In this document: one piece after another, positions 11,880 through 25,700 of the stretch
Position numbering within the stretch: the stretch's first letter is position 1
Layout of the letters: each line of letters opens with the position of its first letter
Origin: Basidiobolus meristosporus CBS 931.73
Taxonomy: Eukaryota; Fungi; Basidiobolomycota
Reading direction: 5' to 3'
Assembly (NCBI GenBank): GCA_002104905.1
Contig: MCFE01000197.1
Location: 62,001 to 126,000, forward strand
DNA length: 64,000 nt
The notes under the pieces: generated by a model
Database searches by the model: none
Told to the model about the DNA's origin: nothing
Seen by the model: the letters and a program-made list of their open reading frames with translations, nothing else
Program-made: the position numbers and the translations under genes

Positions 11880-13380
11880 CTCAAACCAACTCAATGCATA
11901 AAAGCTGCATATGCATCAAGTTGGCATAGGTAATCCACTTCAGAATAGATATTTGTACAATGTCAGCATATGGCTCCCAATGCTTCCAATGTACTAAGAT
12001 GGAAATTGCCTCAGAAGGCCACTTGAATAAATACATATTTAGGACATGCAGTTCTTTCAGTTGTATTGTTACATATGCATATAAGTATTGATTGGAGCTT
12101 GTGAGAAACACTTTGTATATTGGCTTCTCTGTAATATCTTGCTAATCCTTTAAATTTCTCCAGTATCTCAAAGTGCTCATTTAGCTTGAAATGTGCCAAA
12201 CACAGCTTGGTCAGTGACATAGGAATATTGTTGAAGAGCAGATATATTGCAAACAGTGGACAGATTTTGCTCCAACAGATTGGCACAATATTGACAATCT
12301 TCAATTTTTGATTAATTTACATTCTAGCCAATGACTTTCAACTTGACAGCTCTGCTACAATTGACTATTAGCGTCTATATGTTTTCTTGGTGGGAAGAAG
12401 ATGTACTTGATGTTGGTGTTTAGACAATAGCAATGTGTGTGAGTTTTGGGGAAAATCCCCTAGATCTCACATATTTGCCAGCTATACTGCCAGTTGTGCC
12501 TAGAAGAGCCAGCTATATAGCTGATGCTGGGGTACCTCAGATGTGGAGCATAATATGAGCTTTAACATGATGGTCATATACTAGTGTCCTGCTGGATAGT
12601 ATGCAAAACTCATCCAGCAATGAATACAGGTTGCTATCAAGGCTCAAGGGAGATTTAGGCCCATATTTCAGGTAGTCTGCCATCAGATTTCTGCTTTGAT
12701 ACTATAATACTGGTGACAAATTCATGTAAATGCAAATCAGTAGACAGCTAGATTTGCTGGCAGAGTACATGTTCAGTCAGAATCCATCAAGTGACAAGGA
12801 AAAGGTATAGTCATATATGCCATTAAAGTAGCCCTTGCTTCTTAGTTGTTTGTAATTCTTGCCATCATATATGTTGGAAATGTTTGTGCTTGATTGATAC
12901 CAAGTGTAGAACTCTATTGCTTCACAATATTTGTGAGAGTGCATGAGCTTCTTGTGATGTGGTAATTCTGGAATATATCTGGAGTGTGAACAATACTTTC
13001 ATCCTATGGTGGTGAGTCCTTGACAAGTTGGATACCTTGCAATAGTAGCATTTACCAATGTGAATGCCATACAACTATTAAAGTATGCTGGTATAAGGAC
13101 AATCTCTGGGTCATATGTCACCAGCTGCATGATGGCTTTCCATTTGTACTAAGTACATGGTAAGTTGAATCCTGGAATGATTATGACAAGAAGTAGCAGC
13201 AGATTCTCAAAGTCTCCATTACCAATATTGGGGAAAGTAAGCCACTTCTCTGGCCACAACTTTGCATCATTCAACAGTAAATAAATTACTATGATCACTT
13301 GGCTCCATAAGGCATCCATGGCACTTTATTCCAAGGGTGTTGTCTCACTACACATCAAGATTTTGCCAGGCTCATTCTGG
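11880..13380 (-). pseudogene. CACTA transposase fragments (DUF4218-like, tnp2 and N-terminal regions)
   Basis: HWKHWEPYADIV motif; aligns with 28800-30650. Confidence 0.75.
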
Positions 13381-13381
13381 G

Positions 13382-13780
13382 TGTTATGAGTAGACACAAG
13401 GCAGGACAAGGAAAGGACTTAGGTGCAAATCCACAAGGCAAGGCTGTTTATTCAAGACCAAGCTTATCAGACTATGGAATTCATAAGGGGGGAAAGCACT
13501 ATATACCCTTCTTGGGAACATGGATGCCAAGATATATTTGCTGATAGTGATGGGGTTCTGGGGTATGATGCAGCAAGTGGGTCAACATAAAAATATTGTA
13601 AAGTGCAGACTCTAATGTCGCATGGGATAAGCAAAAGGTCAGCTGATCATGCAACTAGGTCATGTTACATAGGATCATCATATATGGCATCAAAATACAT
13701 AAATTCCAATGAGAAGCTTCCATAGAATGATCTATTGTACATCAATATCTAAGCACACAAGTAATCTTAGAACCTAGGAC
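13382..13780. repeat. Degenerate LTR, family E, inverted relative to 9564-10090
   Basis: Starts TGTTATGAGTAGACACAAGG, the reverse complement of the E 3' end; right boundary approximate. Confidence 0.6.
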
Positions 13781-13789
13781 AGTAATAGC

Positions 13790-15140
13790 TCTCAAAAATC
13801 TAAGGACACTCCATAGCATATCAGAGTGCATATCATTTCTTGGAATAGTATCCTACTCTTGCAGACTTTTCAGATATTTTGCCAGTATTGCAGCCCCTTT
13901 GACTGATATCCTTAACAAAGACAACACCTTGAAGTAGGACAGAGCTTTTGAGACTGCCTTGTGCACACTTAAGAATATACTTGCCAATTGGCCAAGCTCA
14001 AGAATATCTAACCTCAGGAAGGAGCTTACTCTCTGTGCAAGTGAATCATATTATGTAACTTGTGGAGTACTGAGTCCACACCATCAAAGAAAGAAGCACA
14101 CATAGCTTTGAGTTCAAAAATCTAAATGTAGTGGAACAAGACTACCCAGTGCATGAAGGGGTGATGCTTGCCATAACATACTGCTTAAAGACATTAGATA
14201 CTGCATTCAGGGAATCAAGCATAACAAGAAAACTAATAATGCATTGCTCAAGTGCTTTTTACTCAGAAGGTACTGCACAGAAGAATGAAAACTTGAAGTG
14301 AATAAATATAGCAATTTGACTTAAAGATTATCTTCTGCCCTGAGAAAAACAATACAGTTGCTGATGTGCTATCAAGACTAGGACAAGTTGCACCACTCAG
14401 CTTGGTGTATGATTTACATTGATCCAGCTTATTATCAAGGTACTTGGAGGACAAAGCCATTGCTAGTCAGGTGGATGATGATATTAAGAGGATAATCTTG
14501 GATGGATTTAGCAACGTTATAGTACAGAATGAAACACTCTGACAGCTTGTTGACAGAGACTGTATTGGATATTGCCCTAAGGCTGCTTGCCTGGACCTTG
14601 TACATTAGCTACACCATGAACTTGGACATCTTAGAATTGAAGGAACCTATAGCCTAGTGAAAGCCAGAGCACTGTGGTCCAGAATGAAACAAGAAATTGA
14701 GAACCCAGTGCAGACTGGCCAAAGTTGCCAGATCAAACAAGACCAAGCACAGTGAACTGCTGAACTCTCTCCCTCAAAGCATATCACACCATATGAGAGA
14801 TGGGGAGTTGACTGTATTGGAAGACTGATAGCCTGTAGGATATGCAACTAGTGGATCCTAGTAGCAATGGACCATGCTACCAAATGGCCAGTTACCAAAG
14901 TGTACAAGTAGCCAGTCAACAAGTAGCTACAAGTTGAAAAATCTAGTATACTACTCCAGAGCCCGTAGAGTACTACAAGGCTAATAAATTGCCAGGAAAA
15001 TGCCAACCAAGTATGCACACAAAGCTATTAGTAGATGAGATGAGTGTATAACCCAGCATTATATGCCTGCAGAGTCAGAGTGTAAACATTATTTAACAAT
15101 AGCCATTTTACTCAGTGTATGGATGTGAATTAAGGATCTC
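13790..15140 (+). pseudogene. Gypsy A RT/RNase H/integrase fragment
   Basis: Aligns with 7720-9200 with deletions. Confidence 0.75.
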
Positions 15141-15665
15141 AGGAGCACCCACAATGCCAAAAACCTCAGCTGGCATTATAATGGCTTGATGGCAGCTTGG
15201 ATTTAGTTCTGAGCATTACCACTGAGCTAATATACTAAATGGCATTCCCACTTGATGCCCCCTGGCACCATACATATATTCCACTAAAAAGTCACCCATC
15301 TCAATTTGCTTACCCACCACTACCATGCATATGCCTCATATGACTCAAATCAAAAAAATTTGGCTTTTGGCATTCTAGCCTTGACATACACATACACCTG
15401 CTGCAATTGATGCACTTAAAATACCTCATCTTTACAGATATTCAGTGAGATACTTGCAGAGTTGCCATATATCTTGTATTGCTGGTAACATATGTATCTT
15501 GCAAGCATATGGTTGGTTGCTACCACTTTTACTATAAATACTTCCTGAATGTCAACAAGAACCTTTTGGTACTTGGCCAACATATTCCTTGTCCCTGATT
15601 GTTTCTAACACCCCTTGTGGGTGCGCTCTGGGTCTTGCCTGTGTGCTTTTTGTATTAAAGGTAAT

Positions 15666-16399
15666 AGACTTGTTCCGTTGGATAGTGCCACATTGAGCCA
15701 TGAGTGCCAAATGATGCCATAGTGTGCCAGAGAGGTCAAGTGAGCCTATACTTGACCACAGAGTGCAAAACATAGCTCCGCATCTTCATGCAAAGCAGCC
15801 CCTGTGTTTCACCCATTGCGCAGAAGAAAATCCATTTTTTGACCTTTTTTTGTGGATCAATGTAGCTCAGGATTTGCAAGAGCATATGAGAACTGAAGAT
15901 ATGCATCTGGTACCCTATACCCATGGCACTCTGAATCTAGCTCCTGTAGCTTGTATCATGTCACAAAAATGAATGGCACTATCTTGGTCCACTGGTACTA
16001 TCTGGCACTATATTTAAATATTAGCCCTAAAGTAAGATCTATAAAAAGCACTTATAGTGCCAGATAGTACCAGTGGACCAAGATAGTGCCATTCATTTCT
16101 GTGACATGATACAAGCTACAGGAGCTAGATTCAGAGTGCCATGGGTATTGAGTACCAGATGCATATCTTCAATCTGCTTGTGCTCTAACACATCCTGCAC
16201 AACATTGATCCAAAAAAAAAGGTCAAAAAATGGATTTTATCCAACACAATGGGTGAAACACAGGGGCTGCTTTGCATGAAGATGCGGCGCTATGTTTCAC
16301 ACTCTGTGGCCAGGTAGAGGCTCATTTGGCCTCTCTGGCACACTATGGCATCATTTGGCACTCATGGCTCAATGTGGCACTATCCAATGGAACAAGTCT
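15666..16399. mobile_element. Foldback-type element, copy 2 (734 bp)
   Basis: Same length and structure as 6420-7153; TSD AAT; empty site AAGGTAATATTCTTG seen near 28950. Confidence 0.92.
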
Positions 16400-16826
16400 A
16401 ATATTCTTGATGAGACTGAGATATGATAGTACCTGCAACTTGACTTGTCTTCTTAAATCCCCACACATCCACTCCATAGAAAACTCCCAAAAGGGGAAGC
16501 AGGGCCTAATATTCTCTGCACACCAAGCAAGATGGAGTAGTGTATGCATGCAGCAGTGACAGAGATATATGTTAAGCCTTGTGCCTGTAGTGCATCTGCT
16601 CTCATCCCTCCATATACTTGTGCTCAAAAGCTGTACATATGTCATGTTGACATTGGTCCACTTCTATATAACTATTCCTGAGATGTCAACATATGACTCC
16701 TAATGCTTCTAATGTACTTTTGGTGGAGATTGCTTCAGAAGGCCACCTGCACAAATATGTATCTAGTTTACTGATTCTTGCATTTTATTATTTCATATGA
16801 CAAGATTGTAGATTGGAGCTGGTGGG

Positions 16827-17176
16827 TATTTTAAGAGTATTGGAGATATTGGAAGTGATTTGGGAGGACATGTAGATTATGTGGTTTTCACTTAATGATT
16901 TACTGAATGTAACAGTAGTAATTACACCTTCACATGGTCTTGGCTTATCAATCATGTAGAATAGGTTAAGGAAGGTCCCAAGTACATGTGTACAAAGTAT
17001 GGGGCTGTTTGGACAACTTTGAGAATTTTCATGTTCTGGGTACCTGGTATTTTGATGAATATATTCTAAGTAAGCCCTAACCAAGGTATTTAGGCAGTAT
17101 TCTCTAAGATTTGAAGGTATTAATCTAAGTGACTAAGTTAGGTGATATTTAGGTGGAATTACAAATTTTTACAACA
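16827..17176 (-). repeat. Copia family 1 solo LTR
   Basis: Homologous to 1806-2155; near TSD GTGGG/GTGAG; empty site near 12100. Confidence 0.82.
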
Positions 17177-17679
17177 GTGAGAAATACTTTGAATAGCAGG
17201 TTCTCTGTAGCCTGTTGCCAGTTCTTTCAGATTTTCATGGTGTCTTGAAGGGCTCATCAAGCTTGCAATGCCCCATTTGCAACTTGGTTAGCAGTATAGA
17301 GTTGTTGATGAAGAATAAGCTCACTGCTTGACTGAAAACTTTTGCTATAATACATTCCCTCTATCTGAGGTATCTGTGGTTTTCAATTGGTCCCATACTT
17401 GGACCTATGGCTGGTAGCATGTAGACTTTACTGCAATTTTATACTTACTTCTACATATTCTCATTATGTAAAGACAATGTTTTAGTATTGGTGTCTAGAT
17501 AGCAACAATGTGTGTGAATTATGGAAGAATTCCTTAGATCTCAGACATTCAGCATCATTACTGTCCATTGTGCCTAGAAAAGCTGATTATATTGCTGATG
17601 GCAAGGGTACTTACCAATACTACTAAAAATATGAACTCTGATAGGATGGCAACTTGTAGTATCCAACTGAAAGCATAAT

Positions 17680-17889
17680 TGACTTATTCCATCATTCCAG
17701 CTGATCATAGTGCCAAATAGTGCCATAGCATGCCAGATGGTGCCTGAACATGCCACAGAGTGCCAGATGGTGCCATACAGTGTTAATTTGGGATCAAAAT
17801 TGACATGCATATGACCCTAAAATATTAAATTAATAACAAAATATACAGCACTCTCTGGTGGATGATCAATGGCACTATGGAACAAGTCT
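17680..17889. mobile_element. Short MITE related to the foldback element
   Basis: Ends (t)GACTTATTCC...GGAACAAGTCT; repeated GTGCCA motifs; spacer similarity; flanks AAT/GAT. Confidence 0.6.
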
Positions 17890-17899
17890 GATATATTCT

Positions 17900-18240
17900 G
17901 CTGAAATATTAGAGAGATATATTGGAAGTGAATTGGAGAATTAGAAGATTTACATGATATTCACTTGATGTTTTATTGAGTTGCAACACAGTATTTATAC
18001 TTATTGCAGAACTATGTAAATGCAACTATTTGGTCATTATTAGGGGAGTCTCAGGAGTACATGTGCCAAGTTTTGGCTCATTTGGACAAGTTTCAGATTT
18101 TCCTAAAATTCTGTACTTCTCTAATTCCTAATAATTAGTAAATATCTTACAAACTAATTTTCATGTTGATAATCTGAAATATATCATTTCACTAAGTGCT
18201 AGTTCATAATATATTAATAATTAGGTGGACTCCTAATTAT
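17900..18240 (-). repeat. Highly degenerate Copia family 1 LTR
   Basis: Patchy similarity to 16827-17176. Confidence 0.55.
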
Positions 18241-18888
18241 TTCAACATATTCATCCAGCAATGGAAACAGTAAGTTAAGCCTACATAGCAGTAAGACTTC
18301 TGTTAGAGCTCAGTGCTAATATTACATGACTGGCAGAAGATTCATGCTGGCTCTGAGCCATGGCAATCAGTCCATATTGCTGCTGGCTGAGAATCTGGAG
18401 TAACTGCTGCTGTTGGGCCAGGAGTAACTGCATGGCATTCCTCAATTCTTGATTTTCCAGCATCCTGAGGAGGGCTTATTTTTTCTTCAGGATGGAGGTT
18501 TCTAATTTTTACTGTTTCCAATGCTACAAGTATTGTTATTGGAGTTGTAGTGGAATTAGGACTTACCTAGTCTTGAATTCACTAAAACTTGAGCTGATTT
18601 TTTGTAGAGGTTCAAGTGGCACCTCATATACATTTTGCTAGATCAATTGCGGAATGATTTTATTCCCTGATGCAGGTTGAGGCTGTTAATTCATTTGATC
18701 ACATCATCATCACCCAAAGAAGTCTTTTTAACAATCCTTTTTTTGGTGTGATAAGGCTCCACTGATGCTTGTGCTTACTAGTACTGCTGATAAGATAGAA
18801 ATATTGATATAGTAATAGACTAAGTCTATGATTAAATGATTGGACTAAAAAATGATTGAACTTCACCATTCAACAGCATATTATAAAA
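18240..18888 (-). mobile_element. Gypsy A 5' LTR (18522-18888) plus gag start, truncated
   Basis: LTR homologous to 52802-53170 and 33248-33610; ORF MLENQELRNAMQLLLAQQQQ matches the gag start of the other A copies. Confidence 0.75.
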
Positions 18889-18899
18889 CTTTACAATGT

Positions 18900-19490
18900 A
18901 TAGCCAGGCAACTTTGCCAAGTCTTGTCCTAATAAGAAGTCCAGCTTCAAGCTCCTGCTATCATCCAGTGAAGAGTCTTTTCCTGAGGTGTTGTGAAACT
19001 ACAAAGTCCAGTCACAATAATAGGCTTCCAACTAGACCATCCAATGGGAATTCAACAAACATAAGAGACATCATATGCAATCATATCCATCCAGTCCTTA
19101 GGAATGCCTGTGAGCATCTACATCCCTCAATTAAGCCCTGTCCATGTCTTTGCCCTCAAAAGCTCCGGTACTCCCTCCTGTTTCATTGACCAGTCCTTGT
19201 TCCAGAAGCATAAAATCTCAACTATCATGGAATCATACCCTGTTCACGTAGAACTTATTGATAGAAGTTCCCTCTCCTCTAGAGCTGTAACTCTTAAGAT
19301 ATGTATAAACTAGCTGATCATTTCCAGTCACCATAAGACACTAGCCTTCAGCCTCATCAACTCTCCCCACTACTCCATAGCCCTTGGAAACTTCTGGCAG
19401 AGATACTATATCCAGCTATCAACCGGAAGACCAAAACCCACACATTCTCCTGAGCTTATTATGTCAATACTGTGAAAGCACCTGACTCTT
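18900..19490 (+). pseudogene. Fragment of a different Ty3/Gypsy (retropepsin region)
   Basis: SSGTPSCFIDQSL...PVHVELIDRSSLSSRAVT...FSLINSPHYSIALG resembles Tf2/chromovirus-type protease. Confidence 0.65.
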
Positions 19491-20119
19491 TGGGTAAAAG
19501 ACTTGTTCTGTAGGATAATGCCACATAGTACAGCCTATTTATAGTACCAGATTGATCTGGCACTCTAATTTCTACCAAAATGGCTGTGGTTGGATACAGC
19601 CACTGGTATTTTTACTCAATCTGAATTATGTTGCTCAGAAAAGTGCTTTTCTTACTTCATTTAGTATTCATAATTCTCCAGACACATCACTCTCATTGGA
19701 TGTCATCTTGTGTGAATATACTGTGCAGTGGTAAGTATCTTAACTATTTTACCTATTCTGCTGTTCACTCCTATATATGACTTTCCTCTGTATTAACCTG
19801 GCAATATGCTGAATATCTTTAGTATCCAAGTGTATGCTCCACTCTCACTCTGAAATGATTAAATATCTTATTGTAGAGCTTCTGCTTCCTGCTAAATGCA
19901 TCAATCCTTGGCTTGCTATGGGCTGTAATGCATCCTATTCTCTGACAATCCCCTCCTATTTAAGCTAATTCTGCCATATATTTCTCCCCTCCACTGAGTT
20001 CTGGATGATCCTTATTTCTGCCACTCAGTGACAATTCTAAGATTTGGCACTTAATTTTCCCTTTGAGGTAGTCAAGCCTTTCAAGAGTTTTGTTATGCTT
20101 TTCATATGGATAGAGCACA

Positions 20120-21505
20120 GTTGAGCTGCCACAATCCAATGAGGCTTTTATAATGCTGGCAGCTTGGTGTTGTTGACCCTTTTCACTATCTTATGACAGG
20201 ACTGAGATGGTGCTTTGCCAACTCTACTGCTAAATAGGTAAGTAAACTTGATGGTGTTTAGACAGTTCTTTTGTGAGGTCTAGATGTCATTCTGATGGTC
20301 TTATTGCAGCTTCCATTAAGTTGTGCAAGCCAAACTGGCCAACAAATGCAAATGCCATGTATGGAAAATACCTGACAATGTTCTGACAGCATTGATGGGA
20401 ACATCTACTGGCATTACATCAGTAGTAGAGTGGCCTACTGCTAGTAAGGTATAATGCTACTCTACCAGTTTATCAATTGATATTTCCTGTTACTATCTCC
20501 CCTTGTGCTATTTATATATTCCATTGCAGACTCTCCCCATCTTACTTGCCTACCTACTACAACTGTGGGTATTCCACATGTGGATTTAATCAAAAACAAA
20601 CTACAGCCTTGAACTATGAACTGCATGCACACACACCTGCTGCACTTGATACACTTATAGCTCCTTGGCTTTATGCTTTTCAGTTTGATACCTGTAAAGT
20701 TGCCATGTACCTTGTATTACAGGTAACATTTAGATCTTGGAAACATATGCTTGGTTGCCACCACATTTGCCATAACTACCTCTTGACTATCTGCAAAATA
20801 ATTTTGGCATTTGGTAATGCATTCATTCTCCCTGTTGGATTCTAGGCCTCCCTATAGGTGCTCTCTAACTCTAGTTTTATTCAATTCAATGGTGAGTTAT
20901 GAGGAAATTAGCAGGTACCCAGGAGAGGCCAAGTGTACTTGGGTAAAGTTATCTAAGTGCAAATCAGCTGCTTGCAATGTCCAGTGGCACCTTGCAGTAC
21001 TTAATTGACTACCCATGCATTGAGACTGCTTAACTTCTTACTGCCAAAGGCATAGGTGCCTCCATGTGCACATATGTTGTCAGTATGCATTAACCCTTCC
21101 TAGCTGTCCTCCATAAGCCAGCTTATCACATCCTTAATATGTTATTAACGCAGCTGGAGTATGGGATACTAGCAACCAGACTTGCCTTCCTATCTGCCCA
21201 TATGTTGGCTCCATTGGGAACCTCAAAAAGATTAAGGAAGTTAAGATGTCCCACACACCAAGCAACATGGAATACAGAATGGATGAAGCAGCAGCAGAGA
21301 TATACACCTTTGGCCTTATGGAATTTTTGATTAATTTTATATTTCTGCCAATTGCTTATAGCTTCACAACCTTTCAGCAATTGCATACAACTTCTATATT
21401 CTCTCTCTGTGGAAACAAGATGTGCTTACTGTTGATGTTTAGACTGTAACAATGTGTGTGAGTTATGGAGTAAATCCCTTGCATCTTACACATTCAATAT
21501 CAATC
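20120..21505 (-). pseudogene. CACTA transposase fragments
   Basis: FIHSVFHVAWCVGHL motif (21126-21386); homology to 27600-29760. Confidence 0.7.
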
Positions 21506-24500
21506 TGTTGAAATATCGGACTATTTGGTATCATTCAGCAGCTAAAAATTTACTTAACAATTCTGGACTAGTCTTAGTCACTGTAGGACTCATTTACTGC
21601 CTTAACTTTGCCACTTTCTCCAGATAGATGATTGTATGATTATTCCCCTATAGTCAGGATCAAATTAGCACTATTACCAAACATTATGTACTGACCCTGA
21701 AACTGTTACAGAATGCTCCTGAGTATTGAGAAACCCTCCCTACTTAGTGTTACAGCTGTATTACTTCTACAAAGGTATAAATACTGAGCTTTTTTATGAA
21801 TAAATAACAGTTCAACTATTATCACTATTTCTTGATAAGTTCCTTATATCCAAATCACTTCTTGATTGCAACAGGCTATGAGCCCCAATTGCCTTAATCT
21901 ATTCTAAAACATGACTTCTACCAGCAAACAGAGCAATACCAACATCTTCCCTGTAAAGGGGAGGTTTGATGGGAAGAGCTAGAGACTTTGGAGAATCAAG
22001 ATGCAGATCCACCTTGAGGAAAGAAAGCTTTGGAACATAGTAACAGGAAAGGAAGTTGAGCCCAAAGGAATAGCAGAAGATGTGGAGAAGTTTTAAGAGA
22101 AGAAGAGAAAGGCCTTCAATGCCATATGCATTAATGTGCAAGACTCCTTAAATGGACAAATTCATGCCTCAAATACTGCCAAAGCAGCATGAGAATCCTT
22201 AGAGAAGATCTTTAGAGCAAAGTTAGTATCAAGCAAGCTTTATTTGAAACAAAAGCTCTTCAACATGAGGAAGAAGCCAGATGATGACATGCTACAACTC
22301 ATTACCAGAATGGAGACACTTGCAGAAGAACTTTACAGTATTAATGATGGTGTAGATGATGAAGAAAAGATACTTTGTCTGCTTTACAGCCTACTAGATG
22401 AGTATGAGACACTTATACTTTTATTTGAAAGCAGAGAAGACAACTTGACTTTAGACTATGTCAAAGGAAGACTTCTCCATGAAGAACTAAGGTGTAGTGA
22501 TCAAGCAGAGAAAATTAAAGATAATGCTTTATTCAGTTCAGAAAGGCACACAGAAAAGAAGGGAAAGCAACAAAACCGAAGAAAACCGGGCTGCTGTAAC
22601 TACTGTAAAAGGCCAGGACACAGGGCAAGTGAATGCAAGAAGAAACAAGTACACAAAAAACAGAAACTAGCGCAGGCAAACCATATAACTACTGATTAAC
22701 AGCTATTTGTAACTGTACAAGAGAGTGCAAGTGGGACTGAAATTTGTTTTTACTAAGCTCAGCTGCTCAATATTGGGTGAAAATGGACAAAAATTAGCTT
22801 TGGGAATCAGAGATCACAATATATACAAGTTACAATGCAAGATCATTGTACCTGAGCATGTCAACATTGATAAACTGATGAAACCAGCTGGGAGATGTGG
22901 CATAGGAGGCTAGGACACATAGGGGAACAGAAAATGAGCCAATTAGTGAAAAATCAACTAGTTTTGGGCCTAAATTATACAATCCCAATCAAATTGAATG
23001 TCTGTAAGGGATATTCATATGGCAAACAAGCTAGGCAACGTTTCAAGAGCTCAGGGGGCATCAATACCACCAAAATACTGGCTATTGTACACTCAGATAT
23101 ACGTGGCCCCATGAGAAAACTGTCCTTTGGAGCCAAGAGATACTTTATGACGTTTATTGATGACAAGACAAGATATACAGGGGTGTACTTCCTCAAAACA
23201 AAGGATGAAACTTTAGAGACACTTAAACACTTCAAGAACATGACAGAAACACAAACTGGGTGTAAATTGAAGGTACTACAATGTGACAATGGAGGGGAAT
23301 ACTGCTCAAAAGAGTGTGCAAAATACTGCTCATCAACTGGTATACTTCAACCAAACACTGTTCCTTATACTCCACAGCAAAATGGAGTAGCAGAACGTGC
23401 AAATAGATCAATAGTAGAGATGGGAACATCTATGCTACATGATAAGGGAATGGACTACAAGTTTTGGGCTGAATCTGTTGCTACCACGGTATACATCAAG
23501 AACAGATGCTCAACAACAGCACTACGTGATTCTACACTCTTTGAAGCATATACAGGCAAAAATCAGATCTCCAGCACCTCAGGATCTTTGGCAGTGATGT
23601 TTTTTGTCACATCCCTGACAAAAAACGCTCAAAGTTAGAACCAAAGAGTAGGAAAGGGATCTTTCTTGGGTATTGCAAAGAAACTACAGGGTATAGAGTG
23701 TATGATGGCAAAATTCAGAAGCTGATCAAGAGCAGGGTGTATGATGGCAAAATTCAGAAGCTGATCAAGAGCAGGGACATTGTATTTGAGGAGAATTCAG
23801 ATCAGCAATCCACAGAAATCATTGGCCAGCTGCCTGATGATGCAATTAACACTAATGAAGAAGATACATACCAAATCCAGTCAGATACAGAAGATACTTC
23901 TACCAGTTCCAGATCAGAACAGATTATCCCAGTTAGGAGATATACCAGAATAAGAAATGCCTCTGGATCCTGGTGGCAGACATCCAATGATCATGAAGAA
24001 GCTTCTCTTGCCTTATATGCCAAACCTCAGAATCTGGAGCAGGCAATGCAAAGTCCAGATGCTACTAAGTGGCAACAAGCCATGCAGGAAGAGTACCAAT
24101 CACTGATCAAGGCAAAAACGTGGGAACTGGTAGATTTACCAAATGGGAGAAAGCCAACAGGATGTAGATGGGTCTACAAGATCAAGATAGCCTCAAATGG
24201 TGCCATTGATAAGTACAAGGCTAGATTGGTGGCTAAAGGCTATTCCCAGATCCAGGGACTAGACTTCAAGGAAACACTTGCTCCAGTTGCCTAGTTTAAC
24301 TCTATTAGGACAGTTCTAGCCCTTGCAGCTGTACACAGTCTAGATCTACACCAAATGGATGTCAAAACAAACTTTCTAAATGGGAATTTGCAAGAAACTA
24401 TATATATAAAGCAATCAGAAGGTTTTACCAATCCAAAAGGCCCCCTTAAGGTGTGCAAGCTTAGAAGATTGTTGTATAGGCTTAAGCAGGCACCTAGAGC

Positions 24501-25700
24501 ATGGTATAACAAGATTGACACATATCTAGAGGAAATTGGGTTCTCTTGTAGCACTGTGGATCACAGTATATATGTGAAACAGTTCAAAAGGGTGTGATTC
24601 TCCTAGTTCTTTATGTGGAAGACCTAATTATAGATACAAGTGACCAAGAGGTACTTAAATAGACAAAATCAGATCTCTTCAGCAAGTTTGAGATGAAAGA
24701 TCTTGGAAAATTGAGCTATTTTCTTGGAATTGAGGTCAAATTTGACATACCTAGGCAGAAAACTGTGCTAAATCAGTCTCTGTACATCAGGGACATTCTT
24801 AGATGCTATACAATGGAAAATTGCAAATATGCAGCAACCATTATGGACAATAACCTGAAATTAAGCAAATCTTAGCCAGCTATAGATGAAAATGGCTCAA
24901 ATATGGACCAAAACTTTCCCTATCAATCAATGGTTGGTAGCCTAATGTACTTGATGGTATCTACACATCCAGATATTGCAGTAGCAGTTGGAATAGTCAG
25001 TCAATTCATGCAGAATTATGGATCAGATCAAATTGCAGCAGTTAAGCGGATTTTAAGATATTTACAGGTACCATCAGTATGGTACTGGAATACTCTGGAG
25101 CAGCTAATAGGGAAAAATTTGATAGTTATAGTGATTCAGACTGGGGTAGGGATCTGATTGACAGACACTGTACCACAGGTATGTATTTCTTTATGCTGGT
25201 GCAGCTATTACTTGGAATTGCCGGAAGCAACCAACTGTGGCCCTATTTACAACTGATGCCAAATATATGACTGGATGTCAAGCAACTAAGGAGGCTATAT
25301 GGCTACAAAAATTATTCAAAGACTTAGGTTTTAATTCAGATGAACCAACATGTATTTACCAGGAAAATCAAAGTTGAGTTTCATTAGCTAGAAATCCTAC
25401 TAATCATGCCAGAACTAAGCACATTGATATACAGCATCACTTTGTGAGGGAAGCTGTAGAAAATAACTTAGTGGAGTTAGTTTACTGCCCAACTGACAAA
25501 ATGGTGGCAGACATATTGACAAAGCCTCTAGCTAGGCCACAGTTTGAGATCCTTAGAGAGATATTGGGATTAAGAAATTATTTAGTTGAAGGGGAGTGTT
25601 GAAATATTGGACTATTTGGTATCATTCAGCAGCTAAAAATTTACTTAACAATTCTGGACTAGTCTTAGTCACTGTAGGACTCATTTACTGCCTTAACTTT
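21506..25700 (+). mobile_element. Ty1/Copia family 2 element, near full length; protease deleted, 3' LTR truncated
   Basis: 5' LTR 21506-21873; PBS GGCTATGAGCCC 21874-21885; PPT GAAGGGGAG ending at 25596; 3' LTR remnant 25597-25700 differs at one site (CG to TG). Confidence 0.93.
21911..25585 (+). pseudogene. gag-pol: Copia family 2 gag-pol (gag, CCHC, integrase, RT, RNase H)
   Basis: CNYCKRPGHRASEC; WHRRLGH; VHSDIRGP; PQQNGVAERANRS; KYKARLVAKGYSQ; MDVKTNFLNG; YSDSDWG; ARTKHIDIQHHFVRE. Confidence 0.93.

Larger units (their letters stand above)
15150..17670 (-). pseudogene. CACTA transposase fragments, interrupted by foldback copy 2 and a Copia solo LTR
   Basis: LLHLAWCAENIRPCFPFWEFSMEW (16343-16645); homology to 27600-29900. 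Confidence 0.75.
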
